DNA from: Candidatus Levyibacteriota bacterium
GTDB lineage: Bacteria; Patescibacteriota; Microgenomatia; Levybacterales; UBA12049
DNA: 64,000 nucleotides
Direction: 5' to 3'
Assembly: GCA_016199085.1 (NCBI GenBank)
Contig: JACQHJ010000004.1
Location: 16,926 to 80,925 of the forward strand
The notes under the pieces are model-generated. The model saw only the letters and a list, made by a program, of their open reading frames with translations. It was not told the origin of the DNA and ran no database searches. This document shows, piece after piece, positions 1 to 8,518 of this stretch; the first letter of the stretch is position 1, and every line of letters starts with the position of its first letter. The position numbers and the translations under genes were made by a program.

Positions 1-2
1 AA

Positions 3-575
3 AGATGTATAAATTGTAAAAAATTGGGAGACTATCTTTGTCCTAACTGTTTTTCCTATTTATCTTTTGACAATAGAAGTTTTTGTATGATTTGTAAAAA
101 ACAAAGCGAAAATGGTTTAACGCACAAATTATGTAAGGATAAATATACAATTGACGGTTGTTTTAGCGCCTTGAAATACAATTATATGGCTAAAAAAATG
201 ATTTTTCAGTTTAAAAACAAACCCTATTTGACCGATTTGCAAAATTTCTTAACAGAGCTTTTTTATGAAAGTCTTATCCAAAACGAGGGATTTATAGAGC
301 TAGTTAAAAGAAGAAATTGGGTTTTTGTTGCAAGTCCTTTGTCAAAAGAAATTTTTAGAAAACGAGGATATAACCAGGCCGAAATACTAGCAAGATCTTT
401 AGGTAAAAAACTAAAAATACAGACAATAGATATTAATAAAATTAACAGAACTTTTAGAAATGTTTTTATAGTAGATGATGTGGTTAAAACTGGTAGAACT
501 TTGCAAAAAGCTTCAAATGATCTTAAAAGAAGAGGATCAAGAAGGGTTTACGGCTTAATTTTGGCAGGTTCATAG
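3..575 (+). CDS. ComF/ComFC-family competence protein (double zinc ribbon + phosphoribosyltransferase-like domain), 5'-partial
   Basis: The frame is open back to the window edge (RCINCKKLGDYLCPNC...CMICKK...HKLC). It carries RGYNQAEILA and IVDDVVKTGRTL motifs typical of ComF. Confidence 0.85.
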   Translation, partial: RCINCKKLGDYLCPNCFSYLSFDNRSFCMICKKQSENGLTHKLCKDKYTIDGCFSALKYNYMAKKMIFQFKNKPYLTDLQNFLTELFYESLIQNEGFIELVKRRNWVFVASPLSKEIFRKRGYNQAEILARSLGKKLKIQTIDINKINRTFRNVFIVDDVVKTGRTLQKASNDLKRRGSRRVYGLILAGS

Positions 576-589
576 CATACTGTATGCTA
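573..589. promoter_or_regulatory. 17-bp palindrome, candidate operator of the downstream wHTH gene
   Basis: TAGCATAC-T-GTATGCTA has perfect 8-bp arms and lies 10 nt upstream of the ATG at 600. Confidence 0.45.
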
Positions 590-599
590 CAAACTGCAT

Positions 600-802
600 A
601 TGAGAACCGATACTAGGGAAAATATCCTTAAATATATTAATAATCAATCCCAAACTAGAGCGGCTGATATTATACGAGTAATTAACATAACTAGTGCAAT
701 GGTGCACAGGCATCTTAGAAAACTGGAAAAGAGAGAAGTATCATAAGAATTGGTAAGCCTCCTAAAGTCTTTTACATCCCAATATCCAATAAAAAACCCT
801 GA
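600..802 (+). pseudogene. Frameshifted/truncated winged helix-turn-helix regulator
   Basis: ATG600 gives MRTDTRENILKYINNQSQTRAADIIRVINITSAMVHRHLRKLEKREVS* (stop 744-746). The wing segment IIRIGKPPKVFYIP continues in another frame from 740 to TGA at 800-802. Confidence 0.6.
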
Positions 803-819
803 ACATTATGTCAGGGTTT
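791..819 (-). terminator. Intrinsic terminator-like hairpin
   Basis: AAACCCTGA-acattatg-TCAGGGTTT stem. The A6 run at 791-796 gives a U tract on the minus strand. Confidence 0.6.
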
Positions 820-966
820 ATGTGGATATAGATGAAAAAGCTTGGAACCGAATTGAAGACTATATTTTCAAGTGGTATCCGATACTACGAGGAATGAACC
901 TAGTCGCATCTTAAGGAAGCTAATTGGTTATCGCAAGATAGTAATGGAAACTTAAAGAGTAATATG

Positions 967-2313
967 CTATAAGGTGGGCTTTAAGACTAAGCTCTTTAAC
1001 TTATCTGAAACATAATATTTGTTATATTTTCCTTCTTTTTTACTTTCTAGTAACTCTTTTTCTTCTAGCTCTTTCAAATCAGAGAAAGCAGTTCTTCTGG
1101 CAATGTTATTGATTGACATATGAGATGAGGCGGTAACATAGTTTCTTTCGGATTCTGATAGTAAATAATGAATTAATTGTTTTTGTCTATCATTTAATAT
1201 TATTTTTTTACCAAGCGTTAGATCTATTTGCCTATTTTCCGCGTTAATTCTGTCGACATATTTTTTAAACTCTTCTAGGGATTGAATAATTTTTCTAATA
1301 TGATAATCATAAAAATAAGTTAAATCTAAATCATCTTGCTCAGCATATATATAGGCGTTTGCATACTGAATAGGGGAGTTTTTAATAATTGAAGAAATTG
1401 GTAGATACATAAAGGTCCAATAGCCTTTCCTTAACAGATACCAATAAAATAAAGCCCTAGCTAGCCTTCCGTTACCGTCAGTAAATGGATGTAGATAACC
1501 AACCCAAAAATGCAAAAATATGGCTTTTATTACAGGGTGAGTAAATATTTTATCATCTTTGTCATTTGCAAAATCTATAAGCTTCATAATCTCAGCATCT
1601 AAAAAGTCTTCTTTGGGTGGAGTGTGAGCTATATATTTAGAATTTCTAACAACAATATCGTCCGAGTCTTTTCTAAATCTATTTTGTTCCTCAGTGGGTA
1701 TTGTGCTCATTGTTAGCATGCCATGAATTTCAAATAATAACTCTTTTGATAACTCTTTATCTTTATATTCATCTTCAAGCATTTTCATCGTATTGTAGTT
1801 ATTTACAATCATCCTTTCAGAGTTATTTCTTGGAGGTCTGTTTTCTAAAAGCATCATCTTAGCTACTCTTCTTGTAGTGTTTGCTCCCTCTAATTGGCTT
1901 GAGGCAATAGCCTCTTCTAAAATACCTCTTGCTATAAATTTTTGTCTATTTTCTTCTTTTAGAGCTTCATAGGGTGCAAAAATTTGTCCACCAGTATGAA
2001 CGTCTATTTTATGTAAAAACTCATCCGTATATGTAAGCCTTAACCATGTAAAATATTCTCCATTTTCTGCTTTTATATGCGTTGGGTTTGAAGAGAGTTT
2101 TCTAATCTGTTTTACTAAGTACCAAAACTCTTCTCTTGAAAAATCATCTGGAACAGGTTTATATTTGCCTTTGTCCCAATATAAATATTCGGGCTCAGAA
2201 ATTCCCATAATAAATGGCATATATTTACGATCATTTTCTGTAAATCTTTTTAAAACAGATGGTTTATCTATCTTATCCAGGTTGGGCTTTTCTATTTTAT
2301 ATTGAACATCCAT
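967..2313 (-). CDS. Fic family protein with C-terminal HTH
   Basis: Fic motif HPFTDGNGRLAR, inhibitory-helix-like SSQLEG, and C-terminal HTH (IARRTAFSDLKELEEKELL). Confidence 0.92.
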   Translation of the reverse strand: MDVQYKIEKPNLDKIDKPSVLKRFTENDRKYMPFIMGISEPEYLYWDKGKYKPVPDDFSREEFWYLVKQIRKLSSNPTHIKAENGEYFTWLRLTYTDEFLHKIDVHTGGQIFAPYEALKEENRQKFIARGILEEAIASSQLEGANTTRRVAKMMLLENRPPRNNSERMIVNNYNTMKMLEDEYKDKELSKELLFEIHGMLTMSTIPTEEQNRFRKDSDDIVVRNSKYIAHTPPKEDFLDAEIMKLIDFANDKDDKIFTHPVIKAIFLHFWVGYLHPFTDGNGRLARALFYWYLLRKGYWTFMYLPISSIIKNSPIQYANAYIYAEQDDLDLTYFYDYHIRKIIQSLEEFKKYVDRINAENRQIDLTLGKKIILNDRQKQLIHYLLSESERNYVTASSHMSINNIARRTAFSDLKELEEKELLESKKEGKYNKYYVSDKLKSLVLKPTL

Positions 2314-2333
2314 AATGTAATTATATTACATGT

Positions 2334-2444
2334 GCAACATATGTGCAAATATAGGCAGTTTGCCTATATCTAAAGCTTATTATTTTTATTATTTAGTATA
2401 AACACAGGCAACATATGTGCAATATATAGGTAAATTGCCTATAT
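2334..2444. repeat. Two imperfect 36-37 bp direct repeats, each containing palindromes
   Basis: GCAACATATGTGCAAATATAGGCAGTTTGCCTATAT (2334-2369) and GCAACATATGTGCAATATATAGGTAAATTGCCTATAT (2408-2444). Confidence 0.85.
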
Positions 2445-2465
2445 TCTCCTTTCAGCCTAATCACG

Positions 2466-2489
2466 AAAAAGCCTCCCGTTAAGGAGGCT
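2466..2489 (-). terminator. Intrinsic terminator of ssrA
   Basis: AGCCTCC-cgttaa-GGAGGCT stem with a minus-strand U tract, directly after the tmRNA 3' end. Confidence 0.8.
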
Positions 2490-2493
2490 AGTG

Positions 2494-2908
2494 TGGAGAT
2501 GTCCGAGAGTGACTCGGAGTCCAAGAAGGCATTTTTAAAAATGTCTACAAGCTTAGTTTGTTGTTTTTTGATCACTCTACTCTTTGAAAACAAACGTTCA
2601 TAAGTAAAGCCAAGGTTATAAATTCAATAAGGAACTAACCAGCCTCCTTATCAATTCCTAGGCTAAGTTTATGCCCAAAATGTTCCACCTAGGGAAAACA
2701 TTAAGGACATTTCTAAAAGTAAGCTTAAGCAGCTAGTGCTAAAGCTGGCTGTCTAGAAAAACCAAAAAGCTCAGCAAGAATTGCTGCCTTCTCGGCTAGT
2801 AATGCTTTTTTATTAGCATTTATATTTTGATTCTTGTTTTACGTCTACTAATCAAAGACGGCTTGCATTTTTTAAAGTGCTAAATCTTGTCGATGCAATT
2901 GCATCCCC
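2494..2908 (-). ncRNA. ssrA: tmRNA (~415 nt); tag ORF at 2817-2725
   Basis: 5' GGGGAUG...AUCGAC pairs with 3' CAUCUCC-A, giving a G3-U alanine identity pair. Tag ANKKALLAEKAAILAELFGFSRQPALALAA* ends in ALAA. The gene is adjacent to smpB. Confidence 0.95.
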
Positions 2909-2951
2909 AATGACGTAATTCTACCCTAATGAAGCTAAGATGTCAAGCTCT

Positions 2952-3383
2952 TCAGGCTAATTCCTGGTCTAAATTCCTATTTATGTCACGTCTTTTTAAA
3001 GCCTGCCTTTTATCATATTTTTTCTTTCCCTTGCCCAAGGCTATCTGGAGTTTTACAAAGCCGTTTTTTAAATACATTGAAACTGGAACCAAAGTTAAAT
3101 TGCTTCCATCAGTCTTTGACTTAAGGCTAATAATCTCTTTTTTATGCATTAGAAGCTTTCTTGTTCTGTGCTGGTTATATCCTTCGACCTGGCCGGGCTG
3201 ATAGGGGAATATCTTTGCATTTACCAAATATGCTTCAGATCCCAAGATTCTGACAAAGCTTCCTGATAAATCGGCTTTTCCACCTCTAACCGATTTTACC
3301 TCATGGCCATACAAATTAATTCCTGCTTCAAAGGATTCTGTCAATTGATAATCAAAAAATGCCTTTCTATTGGTAATCTTCAT
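2952..3383 (-). CDS. smpB: SsrA-binding protein
   Basis: NRKAFFDY, EAGINLYGHEVKSVR, RTRKLLMHKKEI and GKKKYDKR motifs. ATG at 3383 is preferred over the upstream TTG. Confidence 0.97.
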   Translation of the reverse strand: MKITNRKAFFDYQLTESFEAGINLYGHEVKSVRGGKADLSGSFVRILGSEAYLVNAKIFPYQPGQVEGYNQHRTRKLLMHKKEIISLKSKTDGSNLTLVPVSMYLKNGFVKLQIALGKGKKKYDKRQALKRRDINRNLDQELA

Positions 3384-3419
3384 AAGGCTATGATACGCCA
3401 AAAGCGGAGAATTGGCAAT

Positions 3420-5216
3420 TTATTTGAGGTCTATTTGGTAGATTTTACCATTATTTAAAACAAAGATTTTTTTATCTGTCTCTAAGACTTCAAAGTCTTT
3501 TGCGTTTTTAACAACACCTGAGAGATATTGAGCTTTAAAACTGCCTGTTTTATCAAAAACGACGACTCTTGAATTTCCTTTATCCAAGATATAAATATTG
3601 TCAAAATCAGGATTTGCATAGATTTTAGTAGGATTTGCTAAGGGCTTGTCTAATCCTTTTAGACTAAAATCTTGGGCTTGACCTTTAAAGTATTTAACGA
3701 CGTTGCCATCGTTAAAAAGCACATAAACGTTATTGTCAATTGCAACCGAAACCGCATTGCCAAAATCCGGGGTGACGCTTGCAGGGAAATAATTGGATTT
3801 TTGATACTGTGAGCCTGTGTTGACAAATTTTAAGATCTGGTTTTCATCTTTTTCTAAGACATAAAGGTTGGTGTTATAAACAGCCATTCCTCCGATTGTT
3901 TTCCAGTCATTATCGTTTTCAAAAAGAGTTTTAGATGATGTTTGTCCGTTTGCAATTGAGGAAAGTTTTGATGCGTCTACAAGATACGTGTTTTTACCAT
4001 CATATGTTGCATCAAGGGCGTTTTCTTTTGTCTGGGTAGAAAGATATGGGCTTTGAGAAAGATCTACTTCTTTTGCATTTACAGCCTCTGATATTGCCGA
4101 AGAACCAAGAGCTTCATCGATTTTTGTAAGTAAATCGTTTACTTTTTTCTCTTCTTCGGATCCTTTGGGAAGAGTATCTTTGCCACTGTCTAAGATTGTC
4201 TTTGCTTGATTAAAACTGTCTTTGGCAAGGGTTTGGTTTAAATCCATGAGCCCTTGTCCTTCTTCATATTTTTTAAGCGCGGCCGGATAAATACTGTTAA
4301 ACTGGCTTTGAACTTTTTCAACTCCTTGTTTTTGAAGAGCAAAAAAAATACTTCCGACAAACAAGAAAACAATGACAACAACAATAAAAAGAATTAATTT
4401 TCTGGGCTGACTTAGGCCTGAAAATGAAGGGATCTTAAATCTTTTAAACAAAGACAGCGGAGCAAGAATTTTTGTTAATAAACCAGTCTTAGGCTGGGTT
4501 TCGCTTTCGGAAAAATATTCGGTTCTACTTTCTGTTTGTTGATCCTCGGGCATGCTTTCTTGAACTTTTTCTTCCTGGGGTTTTTCTTCTGTAGCAAAAG
4601 CCTCAGCGGGAGCGGGTTCTTTGTAGTTTACTATTATTGCCGACGCCGTTGGATTTTCCTTTTCATGGACCAAGGGAGCAAGGTTTTCCGAAGCATCGGT
4701 TATAGTTGAATTTTCCAAAAACTCCAAAAGAGTTGAGTCTGAGATGACGTCAGAAAATTTCCTGGTTTGTAATACAAGGACATCTCCTTCTTGTAAAAAA
4801 CCTGAAGCTTCTTTTAGTAAGTCATTTGGTTGGTTAGTTGCTTCTAAAAGCGTTCCCAAAGTTCCGGCTCTTTTAATATCTGCTTTTCCGTTTCCAAGGA
4901 TATATAAATACAGTACGTTTCCCACAATTGATCCGACGACAAAGGAAAGCGAAACATTTTGGGGGACTTTACCAAGAGTTGTTAATACCGCCTGTTTTAT
5001 TGACTCCAGATCTTTTGTTTCAAGAGTAAAATATTCCTGCTCAAGCGTATTTAAGATTTCTTTTCCGACAACATTTAAATAATCTTTTTCTTCAACTTCA
5101 GGCTCTTTCTCTAAAGAAATGACTGCAAAGAGCTTACCTGCGCTATATGCCTGTGACCAACCGTATTGAGTTGGATTGGCGACTATTTTAGCAAAGTTTA
5201 GATTAGATTCTGCCAT
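3420..5216 (-). CDS. Membrane-anchored protein: PP2C-like N-domain, one TM helix, extracytoplasmic beta-propeller-like C-domain
   Basis: The N-terminal pattern (ASGFLQEGDVLVLQT) resembles a degenerate PPM fold. It is followed by a hydrophobic helix (LILFIVVVIVFLFVGSIFFAL) and NHL-like repeats (IYILDKGNSRVVVFDKTG). Confidence 0.55.
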   Translation of the reverse strand: MAESNLNFAKIVANPTQYGWSQAYSAGKLFAVISLEKEPEVEEKDYLNVVGKEILNTLEQEYFTLETKDLESIKQAVLTTLGKVPQNVSLSFVVGSIVGNVLYLYILGNGKADIKRAGTLGTLLEATNQPNDLLKEASGFLQEGDVLVLQTRKFSDVISDSTLLEFLENSTITDASENLAPLVHEKENPTASAIIVNYKEPAPAEAFATEEKPQEEKVQESMPEDQQTESRTEYFSESETQPKTGLLTKILAPLSLFKRFKIPSFSGLSQPRKLILFIVVVIVFLFVGSIFFALQKQGVEKVQSQFNSIYPAALKKYEEGQGLMDLNQTLAKDSFNQAKTILDSGKDTLPKGSEEEKKVNDLLTKIDEALGSSAISEAVNAKEVDLSQSPYLSTQTKENALDATYDGKNTYLVDASKLSSIANGQTSSKTLFENDNDWKTIGGMAVYNTNLYVLEKDENQILKFVNTGSQYQKSNYFPASVTPDFGNAVSVAIDNNVYVLFNDGNVVKYFKGQAQDFSLKGLDKPLANPTKIYANPDFDNIYILDKGNSRVVVFDKTGSFKAQYLSGVVKNAKDFEVLETDKKIFVLNNGKIYQIDLK

Positions 5217-5223
5217 ATTTCCT

Positions 5224-5457
5224 CTATAGTATAACAAGGGCTGTCAAAAAAAGCGAAACAGAGCCGATAAGCAAAAGAATAATAATAGATCTTAGGACAA
5301 AAGAATCATTTATATCATAAACCAAAGATTGCATAAGCGTTACCTGTCTAAAAACTACGATTAGAAAGAAAATAAACAAAAGATCGGTTATCAAGAAAAA
5401 AACCTTACTAAGCGAAAGTATAAAATTGTTTCCAAAAAATAGATTAAATATTTCCAT
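5224..5457 (-). CDS. Small two-TM membrane protein
   Basis: 77-aa ORF with two hydrophobic helices, overlapping the upstream gene's 3' end. Confidence 0.7.
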   Translation of the reverse strand: MEIFNLFFGNNFILSLSKVFFLITDLLFIFFLIVVFRQVTLMQSLVYDINDSFVLRSIIILLLIGSVSLFLTALVIL

Positions 5458-6127
5458 GGCCCCTTCTTCCTATCAAATCTTCAATGATATGAACTGCATT
5501 TTCTGGCTGGGGAGCCGCCTCAAACTCAAAGTTTTCATAAGTTCCGGCAGTCTGGACAAATACGTCTCCGTAGTTGAAAAAAGTCCTCACAACGCCTATT
5601 TGGTTAAAACTAACGTCTTGAACCAGGGAGAGTTTGGTCGCGGCTATGTTTTTGTAAATAAGACCTGAGAAATCTATATCAATAATTCTGATATTGGTTA
5701 CAAAAGCAATATTAAAATACCACGTAATAAAGTTGACATAGATATAAGCTAGAATAATCAAATAATAAAAAAGCAAAAAGTAAATAACATAAATTAAGGG
5801 GAAAGTGATTATTTGATTGCCAAAGTTTACAAAGATAAAGATAAGTGGGGGAAGGAGTAGGAATATGGCACTTATAAATAGCCATTTAAAGTTAGTAATA
5901 ATAGCCTTTCTTATAAATAAGAGAATTTTTTCCTCTCTTTCCTGGTTTTTAAAACGTATTCCTCTTGGGTTTTTAGAAAAAGCAGAAAACAACTGCATTC
6001 GCCTTGAAGAATAGTTATTGTCGTTAAGAGGATGAAGACCAGCATGTTCTCCATGACTTGTCGGCTCACTTGAACTATCGGCAGGAGTTGGTATTTGGTT
6101 TTCCGTGGCAACAAAAATATCTGGCAT
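5444..6127 (-). CDS. Membrane protein with bacterial PH domain
   Basis: Two TM helices, then VTNIRIIDIDF...VQDVSFNQIG...FNYGDVFVQTAG. Confidence 0.8.
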   Translation of the reverse strand: MPDIFVATENQIPTPADSSSEPTSHGEHAGLHPLNDNNYSSRRMQLFSAFSKNPRGIRFKNQEREEKILLFIRKAIITNFKWLFISAIFLLLPPLIFIFVNFGNQIITFPLIYVIYFLLFYYLIILAYIYVNFITWYFNIAFVTNIRIIDIDFSGLIYKNIAATKLSLVQDVSFNQIGVVRTFFNYGDVFVQTAGTYENFEFEAAPQPENAVHIIEDLIGRRGHGNI

Positions 6128-6131
6128 AGGT

Positions 6132-7835
6132 CTACCTTTGCTCTATATTATACAACGGACCGACTATTTGTATATTGGCAGGAGCTCTTAGGTTAAACCA
6201 GTCTTTAAATTCTGAACCGCTGACTGAAAAGCCACTTCCGTCACCAGAGATATTAACGGTTGAGGTTCTGCCTGACCCAAAGTCTGCGCTTATCGAAACA
6301 GAGGAGACGTTGTTAAAAGGAGTGATATTTCTATTCTTAAGCTCCTGTTTTACTTTATCTTCATTCCAAGTTTCGGTTCCGGCAGGATTTGGCTTATCTG
6401 TTTGGTATAGATGTTCAGCGGTTGAAGAGTCGGCTTTTGCCAATAAAATTATATTTGCGATATCTGCAATCTCAGAAGATTTTAACCACGCTGTTTTATT
6501 GTAACTTGCTCTTGATCCCCAGTCGCAGTAAAACCAGGGGGAGTCTTTGTCATAGGCATTAGATGTAAGTTCTGAAAAACCTCCTGCAGAACCGCTTGTC
6601 GTATCTGTTGCGTGCTTTGTCCATGAAGTATCGCTCCAGCCGATTTCAGAAGTTGAGAAAATATATCCTCCGTGAGTTGATGAATACCATGCCTTTACAG
6701 GATTTCCTCCCGAAACCATGACCCAGCCTTTTGTTTCGTTGACAGCCTGTTCCCAGCGTCCTCCTTTTGGATCTGGTTTAAAAACCTGACAACTCTGGGT
6801 GGTACAAATACTGCCTGCTCCATTATTTGTATACGAGAGAGCATAGCTTCTTGCGGCAATTGCCTGGGCCTTTAGAGCCTCCATCTCCCAGGATTCTGGC
6901 ATTTCATAGATTCTTTTAACATATTCTTCAATATTGTATCCGCCGTATCCTTCAACGTTGATATTAATATCTGCTGAGTAGTCTTTTTTAAGTTCAAAGC
7001 TTTGGTAATAGGCGTTTAAGATAGATTCGGCGTTTTGTCCGGCTTTTGCTCTTCCGTTTGCACCGTACTGGTTAAGCCCTGTTCTATTTGGAACTCCGTA
7101 AGTGAAAAAGGCAAATCTTGGAGAAAAACCCGGATCCTTATCTCTGTCGTCGACACAGCCTGACATACCCGTACTTGCAGATCTTGGAATATTAAGACTT
7201 GCAAGTCTCTGGGCTAAAATTTCCTGTTGTCTTGCCGAGATTTTGGCAATCTGGGAAGAAAGTGAAGCCTGGTATGTTTTTGCCTCTAGGACTACTTTGT
7301 CCAGTTTTTCCTTAACTACGACAATCTCTATTTTTTCACTCTCAAGTTCTTTTTGTCTTTGTTCAAGGTTGGTGATGGAAATAACAATATTGGTGATTAT
7401 TGCCTTATCCCGATCAGTTGCGACTTTTTGATATTCCAAAGTTTGGGTCAGCTCTGAAACTGAATTTGAAGAAAGAAGCAAAAGTAAGGGAGAGTTATAG
7501 TAGGATTTTATGTAATAATCCCTAATCGTTGTATATAAAATTTGTTGCTGTTTCTCAAGATTTTTATAACTTTCATTGATATTTTTTTCTTTAACGACTA
7601 GGTCTTTTTCAATAAAATTTACCCTTTTTTGTATTGCATTAACCTGTTCTTCTAGAGGTTTTGTTGCTTTTTCAGACTGGCTTTTAGCTTCGTTTAGTTG
7701 GTCCAAGCACTTTTCCAGCTGGTCAAGATCAAGCGCTGAGGGATTATCGCAGTTTTGGCTTTGTGCATTGACAAAGTTAGCTACAAAAAAAATGCCAACA
7801 ACGGTTAAAAGAATTGAAAAGAGCAGTTTTTTCAT
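6132..7835 (-). CDS. Secreted coiled-coil + SpoIID/LytB-domain peptidoglycan hydrolase
   Basis: Signal peptide, long coiled coil, and the SpoIID motifs EMPESWEMEALKAQAIAARSY and ICTTQSCQV. Confidence 0.88.
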   Translation of the reverse strand: MKKLLFSILLTVVGIFFVANFVNAQSQNCDNPSALDLDQLEKCLDQLNEAKSQSEKATKPLEEQVNAIQKRVNFIEKDLVVKEKNINESYKNLEKQQQILYTTIRDYYIKSYYNSPLLLLLSSNSVSELTQTLEYQKVATDRDKAIITNIVISITNLEQRQKELESEKIEIVVVKEKLDKVVLEAKTYQASLSSQIAKISARQQEILAQRLASLNIPRSASTGMSGCVDDRDKDPGFSPRFAFFTYGVPNRTGLNQYGANGRAKAGQNAESILNAYYQSFELKKDYSADININVEGYGGYNIEEYVKRIYEMPESWEMEALKAQAIAARSYALSYTNNGAGSICTTQSCQVFKPDPKGGRWEQAVNETKGWVMVSGGNPVKAWYSSTHGGYIFSTSEIGWSDTSWTKHATDTTSGSAGGFSELTSNAYDKDSPWFYCDWGSRASYNKTAWLKSSEIADIANIILLAKADSSTAEHLYQTDKPNPAGTETWNEDKVKQELKNRNITPFNNVSSVSISADFGSGRTSTVNISGDGSGFSVSGSEFKDWFNLRAPANIQIVGPLYNIEQR

Positions 7836-7924
7836 TTAAGTATTTTATTATACCAGATTAGCTTTAAAGTCTTGTTGCAAAAACAAAAACAATGTGATAC
7901 CCTTACCCCAAGGAATTTAGGCAG

Positions 7925-8518
7925 ATGGAAGAAAATCAAAATTTAGAAACGCCTGCTCAATTTGCTCCTGCTCCAAAGAGAAAGATCAATAAAAGATTTA
8001 TTTATTTAATTGGCTTTGTCGTTTTTTTACTGATTGCCTTTGCGGGATATAAGCTTTTGGGTTCACAAACCCCACCTCCTGGGGAAACTTCTTCCCAAAC
8101 ACCGACTCCTACGGAATTTATTATTCCAACAGATACGCCAACGCCTGCAGTCGAAACACCAACGCCTACAGAAAAGATTACCGAAACACCGACTCCAAGA
8201 CCAACGCAAAATCCTTTAGACAGCGCATCAGGACTTGACAGAAGCGAGCTTTCTGTTACTGTTCAAAACGGAAGCGGAGAAGCTGGAGTTGCCAAAAAAG
8301 GAGCAGATTTTCTAGTCAGTCTTGGCTATAACGTTTCTTCTCCTTCAAACGCTGATAAAGAAGACTATGCTGGCGTTACAATTCAGGTAAAGGCGGCAAG
8401 CAGTAAGTATTTAACTCTTTTAAAAAACGATTTAACAGCTGAATACACTGTTTCATCTTCCTCTTCTGATCTTGCAGATAGTTTTTCCACCGACGCTTTG
8501 GTTATAATAGGAAAGTAA
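7925..8518 (+). CDS. LytR C-terminal domain membrane protein
   Basis: TM helix, P/T-rich linker, then VTVQNGSGEAGVA...NAD...LVIIG. Confidence 0.85.
   Translation: MEENQNLETPAQFAPAPKRKINKRFIYLIGFVVFLLIAFAGYKLLGSQTPPPGETSSQTPTPTEFIIPTDTPTPAVETPTPTEKITETPTPRPTQNPLDSASGLDRSELSVTVQNGSGEAGVAKKGADFLVSLGYNVSSPSNADKEDYAGVTIQVKAASSKYLTLLKNDLTAEYTVSSSSSDLADSFSTDALVIIGK

Larger units (their letters stand above)
821..2500. mobile_element. Putative integrase-less genomic islet at the tmRNA 3' end carrying a Fic gene
   Basis: TGTGGATAT (821-829) matches the tmRNA 3' end TGTGGAGAT (2492-2500) at 8/9. Each copy is immediately preceded by a terminator hairpin. No integrase is present inside. Confidence 0.4.

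Noticed and set aside
2305-2331. dif-like sequence CATAA-TGTAA-TTATATTACAT
   Set aside because: The spacer is 5 rather than 6 bp, the XerC arm is poor, and the sequence is fully explained as the Fic start codon plus its -10 box.
2334-2444. Possible mini CRISPR array (36-37 bp repeats with a 38-bp gap)
   Set aside because: There are only two non-identical copies, the gap is low-complexity AT, and no cas genes are in the window. An operator-type interpretation is simpler.
2393-2593. 66-aa ORF on the minus strand
   Set aside because: It overlaps the tmRNA 3' end and its terminator, so it is a shadow ORF.
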